DNA of 64,000 bases, taken from Lama guanicoe (taxonomy: Eukaryota). Below the pieces are notes generated by a model. That model saw only the letters and a program-made list of their open reading frames with translations. It had not been told where the DNA came from and did no database searches. The DNA lies in assembly GCA_013239625.1 (NCBI GenBank), contig MU054323.1, positions 2,356,001 to 2,420,000 on the forward strand, written 5' to 3'. Shown here piece by piece: positions 38,100 through 51,552 of this stretch (position 1 is the stretch's first letter; the number at the start of each line of letters is the position of its first letter). Position numbers and translations under genes: made by a program.

Positions 38100-41000
38100 T
38101 CAACACCTAACATAAAAATTCTTGTACAACCCTACATTTACATAACTTGAGAGCTATTTCATAATAAGAAACATTTTTCGATACGTGGAGGTAAGTGGAA
38201 CTTTTAAACGGCAGATTCGTCTTTATGACAAAAATCCTCCTTGTCAAAGAGCCCCCAGTATATGTGTTGCTCAACTGACTGACTGATGAGTGTGTGAATG
38301 ACGAGAGGAGCCCCCAGGGACTTGTAGGAGAACTGGAAGAAAGCGGAGTTCATATAATGGGGACTCACTGGAGGAAAACAGTTGAGGTTAAAAAGGGGTG
38401 GGTTGAGGAGTTTGTTTCCATCTGTCCTAATAGGCAGAATATCAGGAATTCAAGAGAACGAAATACATTTGTTACCCAGGAAAGGAGACAGTCCATTGGG
38501 GTGTAGTGACCAGGAATGGTGACCTGTTTCCAGAGGCGTGCTGGGAGCACCTTCTCCTAGAAGGGTTAATAACTTGCCAAATGGTTCACCTTCTTTGGCC
38601 CTCTCCCCTCCCCCAAGTTGGAAGGTATAAATCATTGACTATCAGGATAATGAGAAGCAGATTTGCCTCTGCTAATTTCTGGGATGTGGAAGGTCTTTAG
38701 AAAAAGCCTCATAAGACATTGCTGAGTGTTATGAGCCCTACCGCCTTGACAGAGGGCACATGTGGGATGCAGATCGGGGAGCCTGTGTTCCAGCACGGCG
38801 GATGCTGCAGAGGAGGATGGAGCTGCACGTACCTGTGAACCATCTCCTGTTCTGGGAGACGAGGATCCCCCTGCCCTTATTTTGACTATCAGAGTCAGGG
38901 ACGCGGGCGATGTAGTCCATCCTTCTGTGAGCTCTAACTAAGTGTACATGTCTTTCTCTTAGACGGAGGCTGAGATCTCTCTCGAATATCCATCTCCCTG
39001 TTTTCTGCATAAGACTGGTCAGAACCTAAAGCCTTCCCTGAATAAGTAGCTAATTTGCAATGGCTGAGGATGTATAGAAGGAAAAAGTGAACGCAAAAGT
39101 CTGCTTCATGAGAAATAAGGCTAGCGTAAACCAGAAGGAAATGAGCAAGGAGAAAGAAAGCTCTTTCTAACAAGAGACCTGCCTGTAGGTCCTGAAGCAG
39201 GCAGACTTTTGTGGGCAGGACAGGGAGCAGCAGCAGAAGCAAGGTGTCTGGAACCCAGCTTCCTCTTACTGGGCCTCAGAAACTCTTGGTCGAGAGGTGG
39301 CCTCTGACGGTCTCCCTGGCAGACATCCTCTGCAGGGGCTGGCTTCGCTCAGGAGCAGCTGAATGGCTGTCCGCTGGGTACAGACTGGGCAAGGCCGGCA
39401 TGAGAGGAGCTTCTCCAGGTAATCCTGCTGGTGGATACTGCAGGGACCCCATGAATGTAATGGTTGTCTTGTGATGCCTGTGAATACAGGGACCTCCCTC
39501 GTTTATCAGGGCCTCTGACACAGGAGCCTTGACAACTCAGTGTGGCTTTTCCATGCAGTGGGAAAGCTTGAATGAAAACGAATGCTGTCTTATAGCATAC
39601 AGAGGAATGGATGCTGGAGTGACACAAAATATCGAGATCAGAGGATGGTGTCTTCCGAACATTTCATTCTACCTATGGAGAAACTGAGCGTCAGTGAGGA
39701 AAAGACTTGGGCTGCCCATTTGTTGAAGTTGGTGGAATATATTGGACTTTCTGAATAGCATTTGCTAATACCTCTATCTAGGCTTCCCTTCAAAGCATGT
39801 TTTTGAAATATATTTTATCTCACAGAAACTGATTTCTCGTTGCAATGTGACAGGCAAGCCAAAGGCCAAGGGATGGAAAAGAAGCTGAAATATTTTACAC
39901 CATCAAGTTGCTTACAGTATAATAGAACAATTAACTCTGACATGGAATAATAAATGCTACAGAAGGACATGCATATAATTACTTTATTCTTAGAAGAAAT
40001 TTACCAGGTGCCTACATTTCCCAAGGCAGAAGCCTGGCCATATTCCAGAGAGTCACAGTTATCAGCTGAATGATTTCGGATGAGTAAGGTGTTAGTATAT
40101 AAATACTTGAGATATTATAATCAGAAAAGTATCAAACGGTGAAAAAGAAAAGAGACAAAATAATTTTAAGCAAATTTAACTTATTAGCATAAGAAACTGG
40201 TTTATGAAAAAATGTAAATATGTTATAAATGTTATTGGTTTGGTGTTTCAGCTGAGTTTTCTTTGAAGAGAAAAACTCGTAGTACCTACATTAATCATAT
40301 TAATCATAATGGATATTAATGTTACCCTCTCTGAATTTTTGCCTGCCAGAAAACATTTTGGAAGTAATTATATTAGTATAATGAGGGTAATTTGCAGTTG
40401 GTTATTCAGTAGATCAACAAATATATTTTGGAGGCAACTTCGGTGACACATTCTATCACCTGTGAGTGCTAATATACCTCACGGCCAACACCACCTCAAG
40501 TCCTCCTGATGGGAGGGGAAAGTGTGTTATGTAAGGTCCTCACACCTTTGATCTCCCTTCTTTGCTCTGCCAGGAACGATATGAAGTAATCCCTGCATCT
40601 TGGGGAAGACTTCAGCCCTCATCCCCAGAAGCTACCCCCCTCATCCTGTGTGCAGCAAGCTCTTTGACCCACCTTGTCAGCTGGCATGACCCTCAGGTAG
40701 AGGAAAATAACAGGATGAGGAAACAGGTGATTACCTCCCAACACTGGCTTCACATTTTGTGAGTTGAGACTGTGCCCCGATGGGGTTAAGGGAGCATTAT
40801 TAACAGCAGCAGAAGGACAGGATATGGAAATTGTGTTTGCACGTGGGCTGAGAGTGTGAAGGGCAAGGCGACATGCGTACTCAGTCTGGTGGGGCCCTTA
40901 CAAGTTCCCTGAAACTTATTCTAATGGAAGCAGGGAGTGGGTAGAAACTGGTATATTTTTAAAATTTCATCAAAGTTGCTCTCCCAAGCAAAGTCACAGA

Positions 41001-42810
41001 ATGAGTCATTTTATTTCATTTAAATTCCTTCCAAATTTCAGCATTTGACTTAACCATTAATTCTTAAATCATGTGATTTTAGAAGACTGACATTGACCTT
41101 CATTGTTCTGGCCCTGCCACTTACTTGGTTTAGTTCTAGCATATATGTTTTCCTATACCTTTGGGGACAGCTACCACTTTTTAACCTGGCACAATCTCAC
41201 ATAAAGTGACAAATATTACAAAATAATTTATTTTAATATAAATAGATAAAGAGCATCATTCTATAATATTTCACAAAAGGCAGTGATTGCCAGGTACTCT
41301 GCTACCTAAACAAATTTGAGAACCAATCTTGGTTCAAGTAGTTATCCTGTCAAATATCTCCTTTTGTTCTGACCAGCTTAGCCCAAGGCACTGGGAAATT
41401 GGGCGTGTTTACTGCCCAAAGGGCAGTTTCTTTCAATTGACTTGAGTGACTCTCCACAGCTATCTTTCTGCTCTCGCATGCCCAGTCTTTTTTAGACCAA
41501 AAGAAAAGAGGAGACTCGGCTTTAAACTTCCTTCAAGTATGGCCAACCTCCACTGAGTTTTTGGTATTTGGTTAATTCGTTGATTCTGGAAGTTAGAATT
41601 GCGGTGGGGTGATGAAGAACCTAAAGCTGGTGGCGAAAGTAGACTGTTGGAACCAGAAGGGACTTTAAGAGGTGCTCTGACTTAGAAGATGGTGCGGCTC
41701 CACAGCCAGCAACTCCACAGCCCCTCATGACAGAAATCGCAGGGCACACAGCTGCCAGTCCTGCTCACCGGAGTCACCTCCACCCTGGCCACTACTCCAG
41801 CACTCCTGGCCGTTCTAGCCTCTTGTCAATTTTTCTTATTCAATCCTTCATTCTTATTGGTATCATTGCCCTGATACTGACTGTGACCATTTGACTCCTG
41901 CAGAGGAATCCCCATAGCAGTGTCAGAAAGGATTTGAGCCTCTGTAGAACTGCCTTGTAATTGCTTTCCTTTTCACCGGAACAGCTGAAGTTATGATCAC
42001 TTCTCTTCAGGAAGAGGTGGACTGCACTTTGAGTGATTAATATGTTCAAATCCCTCTTTGAGGCTCCCTAAATAGATCAGGGAAACATGTGTCCCTTTGC
42101 AGCTGTCAAAAAGCAAAATTATCCTGTAATAGAGCTGCACAATGAGTGGAATTCATCATTGAATTTCTCCAGGAGAAGTCATGATTAAATCGCAGTTCAC
42201 AGAATTGTGATAGAACAGGGGTGTGTTCTTGACAGGATGGTAGCTTCTACCTTCTCCATCAGAATTTCACCCACCTCTGTTTTGACCCCCAGGCACCAAG
42301 TGACAAATGCCATCATGATGACCCAGGACTCTTTGTATCACTCCAGAGTGAGGCTGAAAGTCATACAGGGAGCATCTGTAAATTGTAAGGATATTAGAAA
42401 TGAAGAACACATCAAGTTGATAGGCCAGTCTGTTCCTTGGTGTCTTGAAGTTTCCTTTCCTTGCAATTAGTTAATTAAGGTACAGAGTAGCCTATAGGAA
42501 GGAAGCACCCATAATTTTGACAGATAAAACAGACAAAATATATTTTGATGATAAAACAGCCAGCAATTCACCAACCTGATTGAGCTAATGTCTCAGTATT
42601 CCTAGTCGAATTTTTTTTAAAGTCTCAAAAATAGTCAAGGAAAAATTTCTTAAAATTAATTTGAATTTGCAAAAAGAAATATCCTTGATTTTCTACTTTC
42701 TCTTTTTACAAAACTTTAAAAAGCTAGCCTTGGAGTGAAAACAAACTTGGGGTCCTCAGGGAATATGCTGCCTAATTCATGGACGGCTTGTGTGGGAAAT
42801 GCTGGCTTGG

Positions 42811-42844
42811 CTAGCATCTCCTAGCATCTCCTAACATCTCCTAA
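42811..42844. repeat. 10-bp tandem repeat ctagcatctc x3
   Basis: ctagcatctc ctagcatctc ctaacatctc ctaa. Confidence 0.9.
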
Positions 42845-42899
42845 ATACGAGAGGCAGGAAAAAGTTGTGCATCATGAGAATCACTGAGGTGTTTCATTT

Positions 42900-43220
42900 C
42901 TGGGCTGGAAAGGGTCTGAAGCATCACCGGTTGGATTCTCTCTTATCTAATCTCTGTGTAGTTCATTTTGGGGAGACCATTGTTTTAGAAATTTCTTCCT
43001 TGTACTGACCTAAACTCTGCCTCCCTATCACTCTGTCCCTTGCTCCTCATCTAAACCCCTTGGGCTCTCTTCTGTTTAAGTCTTTTAGGGACATGCAGAC
43101 ACTGCCTTCTCCCTTCTCCACTCCTGGGCTCTTGCGTTCTCTAGGCCAGACACACCCAGTCCTTAACAACTATTCCAGGCAAAGATCTGTCTTCATTCTC
43201 CTGGCCTCTCTTCTTTAGAC
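42900..43220 (-). mobile_element. L3/CR1 LINE remnant
   Basis: 'ttagaaatttcttccttgtactgacctaaactctgcctccct' and 'ttctctaggccagacacacccagtccttaacaac' resemble antisense L3. Confidence 0.55.
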
Positions 43221-46079
43221 CAATTAAAATTTACCTAGAGAAATGTTTCCCCTGAAATAGAAAGAACATGTTATTCCAGATGAGTTGAACATTTCCCTTC
43301 TTCTGAAAACTAGATAGATAGTCAACAACTACAATGTCTACATATGAACGTTCAAAAATGGCAAAAAGAGTAGGATTTCACTAATCAGTAGACAACTTTA
43401 GAATGTTAAGACCTTAAGATACAATACCAAATGAGTAAAAGTGATAAATTGCAAATGTACATATACAGATGTAGACATGTGTGTGCACACAGGGTGGTCC
43501 ACTTGACAGAGGGTCCTTATAAACCACATTAGGTCCAGAAGCTTCCAGAATGGCTTGAGTTCAATTTACGAGGCAGGCTTTCTTTAGGAGTCTACAATGC
43601 ATAAATAACTATTGATTGGCTTCCTAGAGACAGGTTTTTAGTAGAACTCTGAGCAAGGGCATTAGAGAAATGCCCCCAGTGGGGTCATTTTTGTTGACCT
43701 GGGACTACATAAAAATGGGAGTATTGAATGCTTAATGTCACATTTTATTGCTTGGTTCAGCTAATTTGTCTTGTGGGAAGCAAATGTTTTTGAAAGCATT
43801 CCAGAGCCTTTGTAGTGTTAAAGCTCATTACCTTGGATTTCATATGAGCCAAAAAATATACAACCAACTAAGTGCTCTGAACCTCAGGAAAACGTCACGA
43901 CTAGACAGAAGCAGAGCTGCTAGTGTCATGTCATGCAACAACAAGGTGAATCGAGCAATTTGCATTCTTATTAATAAAATGCAATATAATACATTTGGAA
44001 GAATGCTTTGTTATTGTTTTCTGTAAAGTACTAAAGGTAATTTAATAAACAATGTATCTTTTCTAGGGAAATTATATTACTTTTCTGTTAATCTTTAACT
44101 CTCGTATGAGTGTATGATCTTGGAAAAGGACTGCATATTTTAACTAGACAGAGGACTTTTATAGACCAGAATACATGTTTCAGTTATCTACCCATGTGCC
44201 AGGTTCTTTCATGTACATAGTTCAGTTCTAGCTCTTGAGGAGTTATCCCATTTTATAGATCAGGAAATTAAGCCCCAATGTACCTATTCTGATTTTTTTT
44301 TAAAAAAATCAGTGATTCACAAGACCCCAAAAATTTATCTAGCTCTATCCATTTCTCAAGATACTCAATCTGATCTTATCTACCTGGTTAGACTTGTTTC
44401 CCACCCCTACCTCTGACTCCCTCTAGTACTAAACTCAGTGGGTCAGATGACAGTCATCAGTGCTTGTGTTCAGAATCCCACAATTCACTCCCTCTGAAAT
44501 GTTCTCTTACCTATTCTGTCTTTTGAAATTACCCAACTTCTAATCACATGAATGCTTTCTTCTACAGCAAGCACTCTCAGCTGGCCCATGAGAAAGCTCT
44601 CTGTGTCCTCAGCTCTTTGTCCATAAATACTGAGGGGATAGTTGAATATTTTACTATTAATGGGGTGAAACAAGAAACGTAGAAAACAAGAAATTCAAAC
44701 TGTTCTTTTTATTCTGTAGATAAGCTAAACTACATATTATAGAACTCTTTACACAGTGACATAAACTGTGGCCCAAGTTATTCATAAAATCATCCTTATA
44801 ATTTCCAAGTCACTTATTAATGTTAAGTGAATGTTAAGACATTGCTGGCATGAGCATTCCTTAGACACAAGTGTCACTAATTAAATAATGACCCTGTTTG
44901 CAATTTTGACACGATATGCACAGGTTTCCAACAACTTTTCATTAGCTAGACATCATAAGGTGGCTTAGTTCAATAAATAGAGAGTTACTCTTAACATCAA
45001 TTTTACTATTTATCATACTAAATCTTTTATCATCTTTAGCTAAATTTATGTAATTACATTAAATTATTTTTAGCTCATATATTTCTGTCTGAGATATTAA
45101 CATAAAAAATATCTCTATTATGAAGGAGGTCATGAAAATCATTTCTTAGAATGGTATATTTATTAACTTGACTTTATTATGTTTTGTTCACCGTTATTCC
45201 ACAGAGATCTGCAAACTTTCTTTGGTCAAGTTTAATCATACATATAAATTCATTTTATATATGTATATATATATATATATTTACTTTTTGTCATCAAATC
45301 ATGGTCACATTTTAATATATTAGATAATAATAATTTCTCTTGGAATAATACTTTTTTTTAAAACATTTTATCATTTATATTGTATGTTTCACTTCTCTTC
45401 TATAGTTGCTTTATCAGTTTCTCTAAATAATAACTAAAAGATTCAGATTTTTCAAAACTTGAAGACTTGAAATTAGGATTCCATTTATTAAATTGCCATT
45501 TTCGAGTTGTGTAATTTCCCCAATTCAGAATTTTTATTAGAGTGACAATTCAAGGCTTGGTTCAATATCAAAGGCTTTTGCAGCTCTAGCACTAAGCTAC
45601 TTTTGAGGTCTAAATATTCCTTCAAAAGTCATGATTTCAATTCTGCTCATCTCTACTCTCTGATGCTTATTTGATGCATAATCAATAAGATTTTTTGACT
45701 TGTATCTTTATGGTATTTTATCTGCATCCAGAGAAATGACTTAGGTGGTACCAAACTAAGACGTCCAGAAATATTCCTCCAACTGTGGATGCCTCTGCAG
45801 CCTCTCTGCCTAGCTATGGCACCATCTCTGTAGCCTAATCTTTGGATGTGTGTTTAGTTGCTTCATCAGTGCACGGGGGAAATACCTTCTCATGCGTATT
45901 TGTTATGAGGACTACCTGAAATGCAACTGTATGCTAAGACAAGACACATCGAGTTTTTCACAAATTATGCTACAATCATTCTTATCTGGGATGTACAGTT
46001 ATAGTTTCTATGTGCCCAGCATCTTTGCTCCCTTATTTTAACGTTTTCTTTGGGGACCTGCTCATCTCCTCCTCAGATC

Positions 46080-46560
46080 ATGGGTTTCCGCATGCTGCCA
46101 ATTCTGTGACCCCGTCTCCAAGACGCAGCAGGAGCACGTGACCCAGAGCCAGATAATAATAATGTTCCATCCCCTGGTGACAGTGATTTATCTGGCAATG
46201 GGAATGTGACCCAAGTTGTAGCAATAAGTTTTCCCTGTGATTCTCTTAAGTGAAGCAAGTAGAGAAAATTCCTTTTCCTCTCTGATAAAGGAGCATCATG
46301 GAGGTGATGACTTGCAGACCTAGTGGTGACCTTGTCCTCTACATTATCAAGACACTGGAGAGAGTAGAGTTGACACCTGAGGACAAATTGCAGAGACAGC
46401 ATCCTGGAAAGGGAGAGTCCCCTGTCCCAGAGGTTTCCAGTTACTGCGACTCTTCCAGTAAATTTATGAGCTTTCATCTGTTCTTACAATGAACATGTGT
46501 TAAAGCAAGTTGGAATCCAGTTTTTGTCATTTGTACCCAAGAGCCTTTCTGATGAGCACA
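46080..46560 (+). mobile_element. Old MaLR LTR (MLT1K/L-like)
   Basis: 'ccatcccctggtgacagtgatttatctggcaatgggaatgtgacccaa' and end 'ttaaagcaagttggaatccagtttttgtcatttgtacccaagagcc'. Confidence 0.65.
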
Positions 46561-48190
46561 TCGATTTGCATAAAGAAAAGCAGCAGAGAAGACCCATTTC
46601 AAGTAGCCTTGGTGGTGTCAGCGGGTCTTGGATGTAGAAATCTCTCTACAACATACAGAGGAACCACAGAGCCCAGGCTTTCAAAAACATAACAGTATAG
46701 TTAAAAGGGAAGGAGGCAAGATAGAACACAGGTGCGGATCCTTGAAAGAGATAAACTCCACCAGATGCTCACATCAAGGCTCCCCGAGAAAGGGTGTATA
46801 AAACAAGCCTTGAAGCTAGTGCCTGGCAGAAGGAGACAGGGAGAAGAAAGCGACTCATGGGGAATTTGTAAGCAGGACACTGCACTGCAACTTTCCCTCA
46901 CCTACGGTGTCTCCCGTGTGATGTAGATCTCTGAAGAAACTCGGTGCAGCTCCAAGGAGCAGGGAGCCTCCTGTTCTCTGATGCAGGGTGTAAGGTCTCC
47001 TGGAACCACAGGATATTAGAGTGGAATGAGACCAAAGACACCATCTTCCCCACAATTTCATCGTACTCTTCTTGCACATCAAGGGGAGTGTGTCCCACAC
47101 ACAGTGACAGAGCTGGGCTGGTACCCTAAGTACCGTGATTCCAGCTTCTTTCCACGCACTGCACTTCGTACTGCCTAAGGATATCTGAACTGGGAGGTCA
47201 GCTCTGCACTGAAGCCCATTCTGTGACTGGGTTAAGGTCATACAGTGGTTTGTCTGTACTTTAAACTGTGATGAGAGACTAGGTTTAGTGAGACCCCAAG
47301 GCCCGAGACCCCAGAGTCCCGGGTAGGTAAGACTGTAGCTGCACAGATTCCCGGAGGCACCGTGCGTGGGAGCCCCGGCTGGGATGCAGCGCAGTGAGTG
47401 TCCCTCTAGACCCACCAAGCAATTGAAGAATCAGAACTCCTGCCGGGGTTGAGTTTCCTGTCTAAGTCTGGCCTGTGCTCCTTTGGCACACTTACCTTGA
47501 ACACTTTGTGGGTACCAGGCCGTGTGCTAAAACCAGGTGTGCAATAAAGAAAAATGGTAGTAAGGTCACACTGATGAAAGGATGGGTTCCGTGTAAAGTC
47601 GGGAATCCCTCTATGCTCTGAAAACAGGGGCTACGTGCACATCTCAGTTCTCAGGCTTTGGGTATTTTCATTCTCATCTTTGCTGGAAAAAAAAAAAAAC
47701 CTGTAGCATCCACTTCTACAAGAACTGATCATGGCTACCAGCCACTTTATTACATTTCTCCTGAATGAAAAGACGGGGAGCAGGAGATTTGGGTAACAGG
47801 CTTTTGACGGGGGCCAGTGGCCCTCTGCCACCTCCAGCAGCCCCTGGTGCTCCTCCCAGAAGAGCACTGTTCGCCCTGAGCTGTAGTTGCCCGTTCTAAC
47901 CTCGACCATCAGCCCAGAAGGCATGGATCTTAATATCTGTTCTTTTTATCTCCTGGACCAAACACAGTCTTGCACAAAAGAATAATGGACTCTCAGAATA
48001 TCTGCTGACTGAACCAGGATGGTTGCCTTCTGCATCCTCCTTAACCTTTCACCTGTCCCGAGACCTCAGGGAATTTAGTGAAATGAGAGACTTGAGTCTT
48101 GTATGATGTCTACGGTTTCCCTGATTCTGCGCTGACATTCAGTGGTTTACTGAGCTGTCAGAGGTTCACATGGACCATGCAGCCATGCAC

Positions 48191-48212
48191 GTGTGTGTGT
48201 GTGTGTGTGTGT
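48191..48212. repeat. (GT)n microsatellite
   Basis: Read directly. Confidence 0.95.
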
Positions 48213-48754
48213 ACCTGTGTATGCCAGGGTGGGGCTCGAGTCATTGTCAGGTGCCTATGAAGGCACAGGTTGCAAGAGTTTCAAGGTTAAGGTGGGGGGT
48301 GGGGTACTTCTAGATCACATGCAGAAAGCACCTTGGTATAAAAAGATACATGACAAGATGAGTGGGCTGAGCATGGGGCTTTTAAGCACTCAGAAGGGAG
48401 CGACTGAGGAGGGCACTGCGACCTAGGGGGAAACAAATCACATCACGGTCAGCATGAGATCATTCGTTCAATCCCGAGCATTTTCATTGTTGGGAAGAAA
48501 GACAGGTTATACAGTAGATTCTTCAAGGAAAGATATCTGCGTTTTACTCCCAGATTTACTGTGTGTTTGGGAAAATTGACTCAGTTCTTGTATGTGCAAA
48601 ATGGGGGAAATAATATCTGTTTCCTAAAATGCGGGGGAGGCTCAGGGAGGACCTATCAGTAAATGTGCTCCACAGTCAGTGCCCAGAAATACTGTTACTG
48701 TTGTTGCTGTTGTTTTCCCTGAGGAAGTTTCTTCTGGAGAATAGTGCTCAGGGC

Positions 48755-49355
48755 CAAGCCACGCCCATGGGAGCAGCGCCCAGGAGTGGTGTGTTGGCCT
48801 TGTCTCCTCACTAGACCCGGACCCTGGGCCGCAGACACCAGACCTGAGGTCTGCAGCAGAAGCCGGCCTAGGCGTGGACGGAGAGCTGGTGGCCTCTAAC
48901 ATAAGCCTCACGGAGGCCGGCCTTCGCTGGTGGCTTGTGCGTTCTTGTGGAGACGGGCTCATCGCCAGTACTGGGTTGAACCCCTCCTCCTCCTGAAAGC
49001 CACACTCCAGCTTCATTTGCCTCCCACGTAGCAGTCTGGCCCGGTGCTTCTTTTATTTTGTGTCCTCTATGCACGTGCCTCGTTACACAGCTCTCCTCCT
49101 GACGGTTCTGACTCGGCATTTGCAGCAAGGCCTGGTACACGGCATTACCTGCACAATCGTCTGTGCGCACGTGTGTGCCATGTACTACGTGTGTGTCTCC
49201 GTGGATGTATGCGTGGTGTAAAACGCTCTCTGATGTGCCTGGGATGCTTCCAGAGCCTTCGCTGGCGCAGGCCAGGGGCTGATTCTGAAAACTTTCCGGT
49301 GTCCCTGGTCTGTGGGGCCGGAGGGAGGCATCTCTACACTCAGTCACGGTCGCCC
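48755..49355. other. CpG-dense, GC-rich patch (orphan CpG-island-like)
   Basis: About 30 CpG dinucleotides in ~600 bp by hand count, far above the CpG-depleted flanks. Confidence 0.6.
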
Positions 49356-50589
49356 CTGGAGAAGCAAACTGAGTGGAAAGTTAAATCACTTCCACATCTG
49401 CAGAAGCACCAATGCACCAAACGCTAGTATGAATTAAGTAAATGCATAAAGATTTGAAGCATATTATCAAGTTTAGACCAAACTATAGCTATTACCAGGC
49501 ATCTAGGCCAGAGGTTTTTAAAAGTTGTTATTCTTGAAAAACATGATTGATTTGGGACTTTTCTTTTACTTCAATGTCATGAACCAGACATCCATAATTA
49601 TATTATTTGTCTTATACAAATGAAAAAGAATAAATTAAAACTGGACATGTTGCAAAAGGACTGTTGACATTATATACAAAGCCTGCTTATTGTCATAAGA
49701 TACTCTTAACCTTCAAGCCAAAATCTTTCAAAACTATTAGTGTTAAATCTAGCAGCTGTTGTCAGAGTTCTCCTGTTCTCTGTTTTAGGCACTGTGCTTT
49801 ATTTGAAATGTTTGTTATATTTGTGTATATAACTTTCTGTGAGCTGTTCCTTGAAAGCTCCAAGGATTAAACATGAAGGTTGCGCCAGTTCAAAAGGAAC
49901 AAAGTTAAGAAAATTAAAGAAAACTTGCTAAAATGAATGTTTAAACCATTAAAATATTTAGCAAGGTTTGCCTGGAGCTGTTTCCTTTATGTAAAACATG
50001 ATGCATTTCTTTTCTTTTTCATTCTTTCTCCTTTGAAACAAATGAGGTTAAGAAAAACATTCTTCTCTTCTGAAGCTTTTTTTTTAAAGCATTAGAAATT
50101 TAATATCTAAATATTTTATGCAAATAGATATGCTTGATTGAGACAGAAATATCTCAAACATCCCAAGTATTGGGCCTTATGGTTTATGGACATATTAGTT
50201 GAAGGCAATGCAGAACGTAAGGGATTGTCCGCTTTGAACTTGGATCAGCCTATGACTTTAGTTAAAGTCTTTAGGAATTAACTGTATGGTAACAGAGAAG
50301 CTAGTCCTTGTGTACCTTCAAAATGCAAAAGAAAAGGATGAGCTTTGCAGAACTCGGTGTAGATTTATTTGGCATTCTGGGTTTATTTATTCAGTTCCTA
50401 AAGAAGAGTGATGAATTGGTATATTTGATTTCACAGAAGAACTGATACTGTCCAGCTCTCTCCACCATCCCATGGCACTTGGAGCTTCCTCTCTGTCCAC
50501 CCTGTTTAGAAATGTTAGGTCTTTAATTTGTCCAGCCATCCAGCCATTCATCCATTCATCCATCCACTTGGGGTAAGTGTGGTGTGGTG

Positions 50590-50800
50590 GAAAGAGGAGG
50601 AGCTTCAAATTAAACCGTTCTGGGTTCAAATGACACAGACTAGCTGTGTGACTTACAAACTTACTTAACCTCTCTGAGCCTGGGTTTCCTCGTCTGTAAA
50701 ATATAATACTATAATGCTCACTTCATTGGGACATCATCAGAATTCTATAAGATAATATAATTAAAAATTTTTTTTAGTGCCTGGTTCAATAAATGTTAGG
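50590..50800 (+). mobile_element. MIR SINE
   Basis: 'ctgggttcaaat...ctagctgtgtgactt...ttacttaacctctctgagcctgggtttcctcgtctgtaaaat'. Confidence 0.85.
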
Positions 50801-50943
50801 GGAAAATATTCATCAGCAAATACCGAGTGGGTGCTTACTGGAGCCTGTTACTTCCTCCATCTCTCGGGTCTATAAAGCCTGAACTAGAGTAGAAATCTTG
50901 TGAGATGCACATTTGCAAAATCTCCAACCAACTTTGCCTAAGG

Positions 50944-51552
50944 CAGGAAGTTCCAAACTCTCTTAAATCAGAGTACCCTTAATGACTCAGTAATTTTTTC
51001 AGGGTATCCCTAGACCAAAAGAAACACCCAACATTTCCATTTATTAAGTAATTAGGTCCAAATAACTTGATACACATTTATGTCCTAAGAATTTAGTAGC
51101 CATTTGAAAATGTATATGCATATTGTACTGTATGAAACTTAAAAGAGGAAAAAAAAACACTTTTGTTTTATTTTTAAAAAAGCAGTTACTGATGAGAGCT
51201 ACGTACTTGTTGAGCCCCAGGCAACCTCACAAAACTTGGAAGCAGGTTGGATGCCACCCCTCTCATTTCCTGTTCTGCATTTTATTTTCATGCAGCACTC
51301 ACTTTAATCCACAAGCACCCAAAACCTAGCTTTACAAAAATACATTATTCAAAGGAATGTGATACAGTCTAATGTTGAAACTGTGCCCTTCCTTGAGGTA
51401 GGGGTTCTCATGCTGGGTGACAGATGTCCAGTGTCACAGTGCTTCCCTTGACATTACTTTTTTTTTAATTAAAAAATCTAAAAGCCTCTGGCGCCCCTGT
51501 GCTTTTGCTGAGGTGTGCTAGGATGCCTCGGCACAGAGTTTGGGAATGATGG
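50944..51552. mobile_element. MER119-like hAT-Charlie DNA transposon, near full length
   Basis: Ends 'caggaagttccaaactct' and 'agagtttgggaatgatgg'; internal 'ctcagtaattttttca...cctagaccaaaagaaac...ttattaagtaattaggtccaaa', 'tctaatgttgaaactgtg'. Confidence 0.8.

Noticed and set aside
46898..47098. Minus-strand ORF with ankyrin-like 'GHTPLDV...EIV'
   Set aside because: Single short motif, in-frame stop just upstream, no further repeats or splice context; likely chance.
46855..47418. Longest ORF (187 aa)
   Set aside because: Non-ATG start, no recognisable domain, expected by chance in GC-richer DNA.
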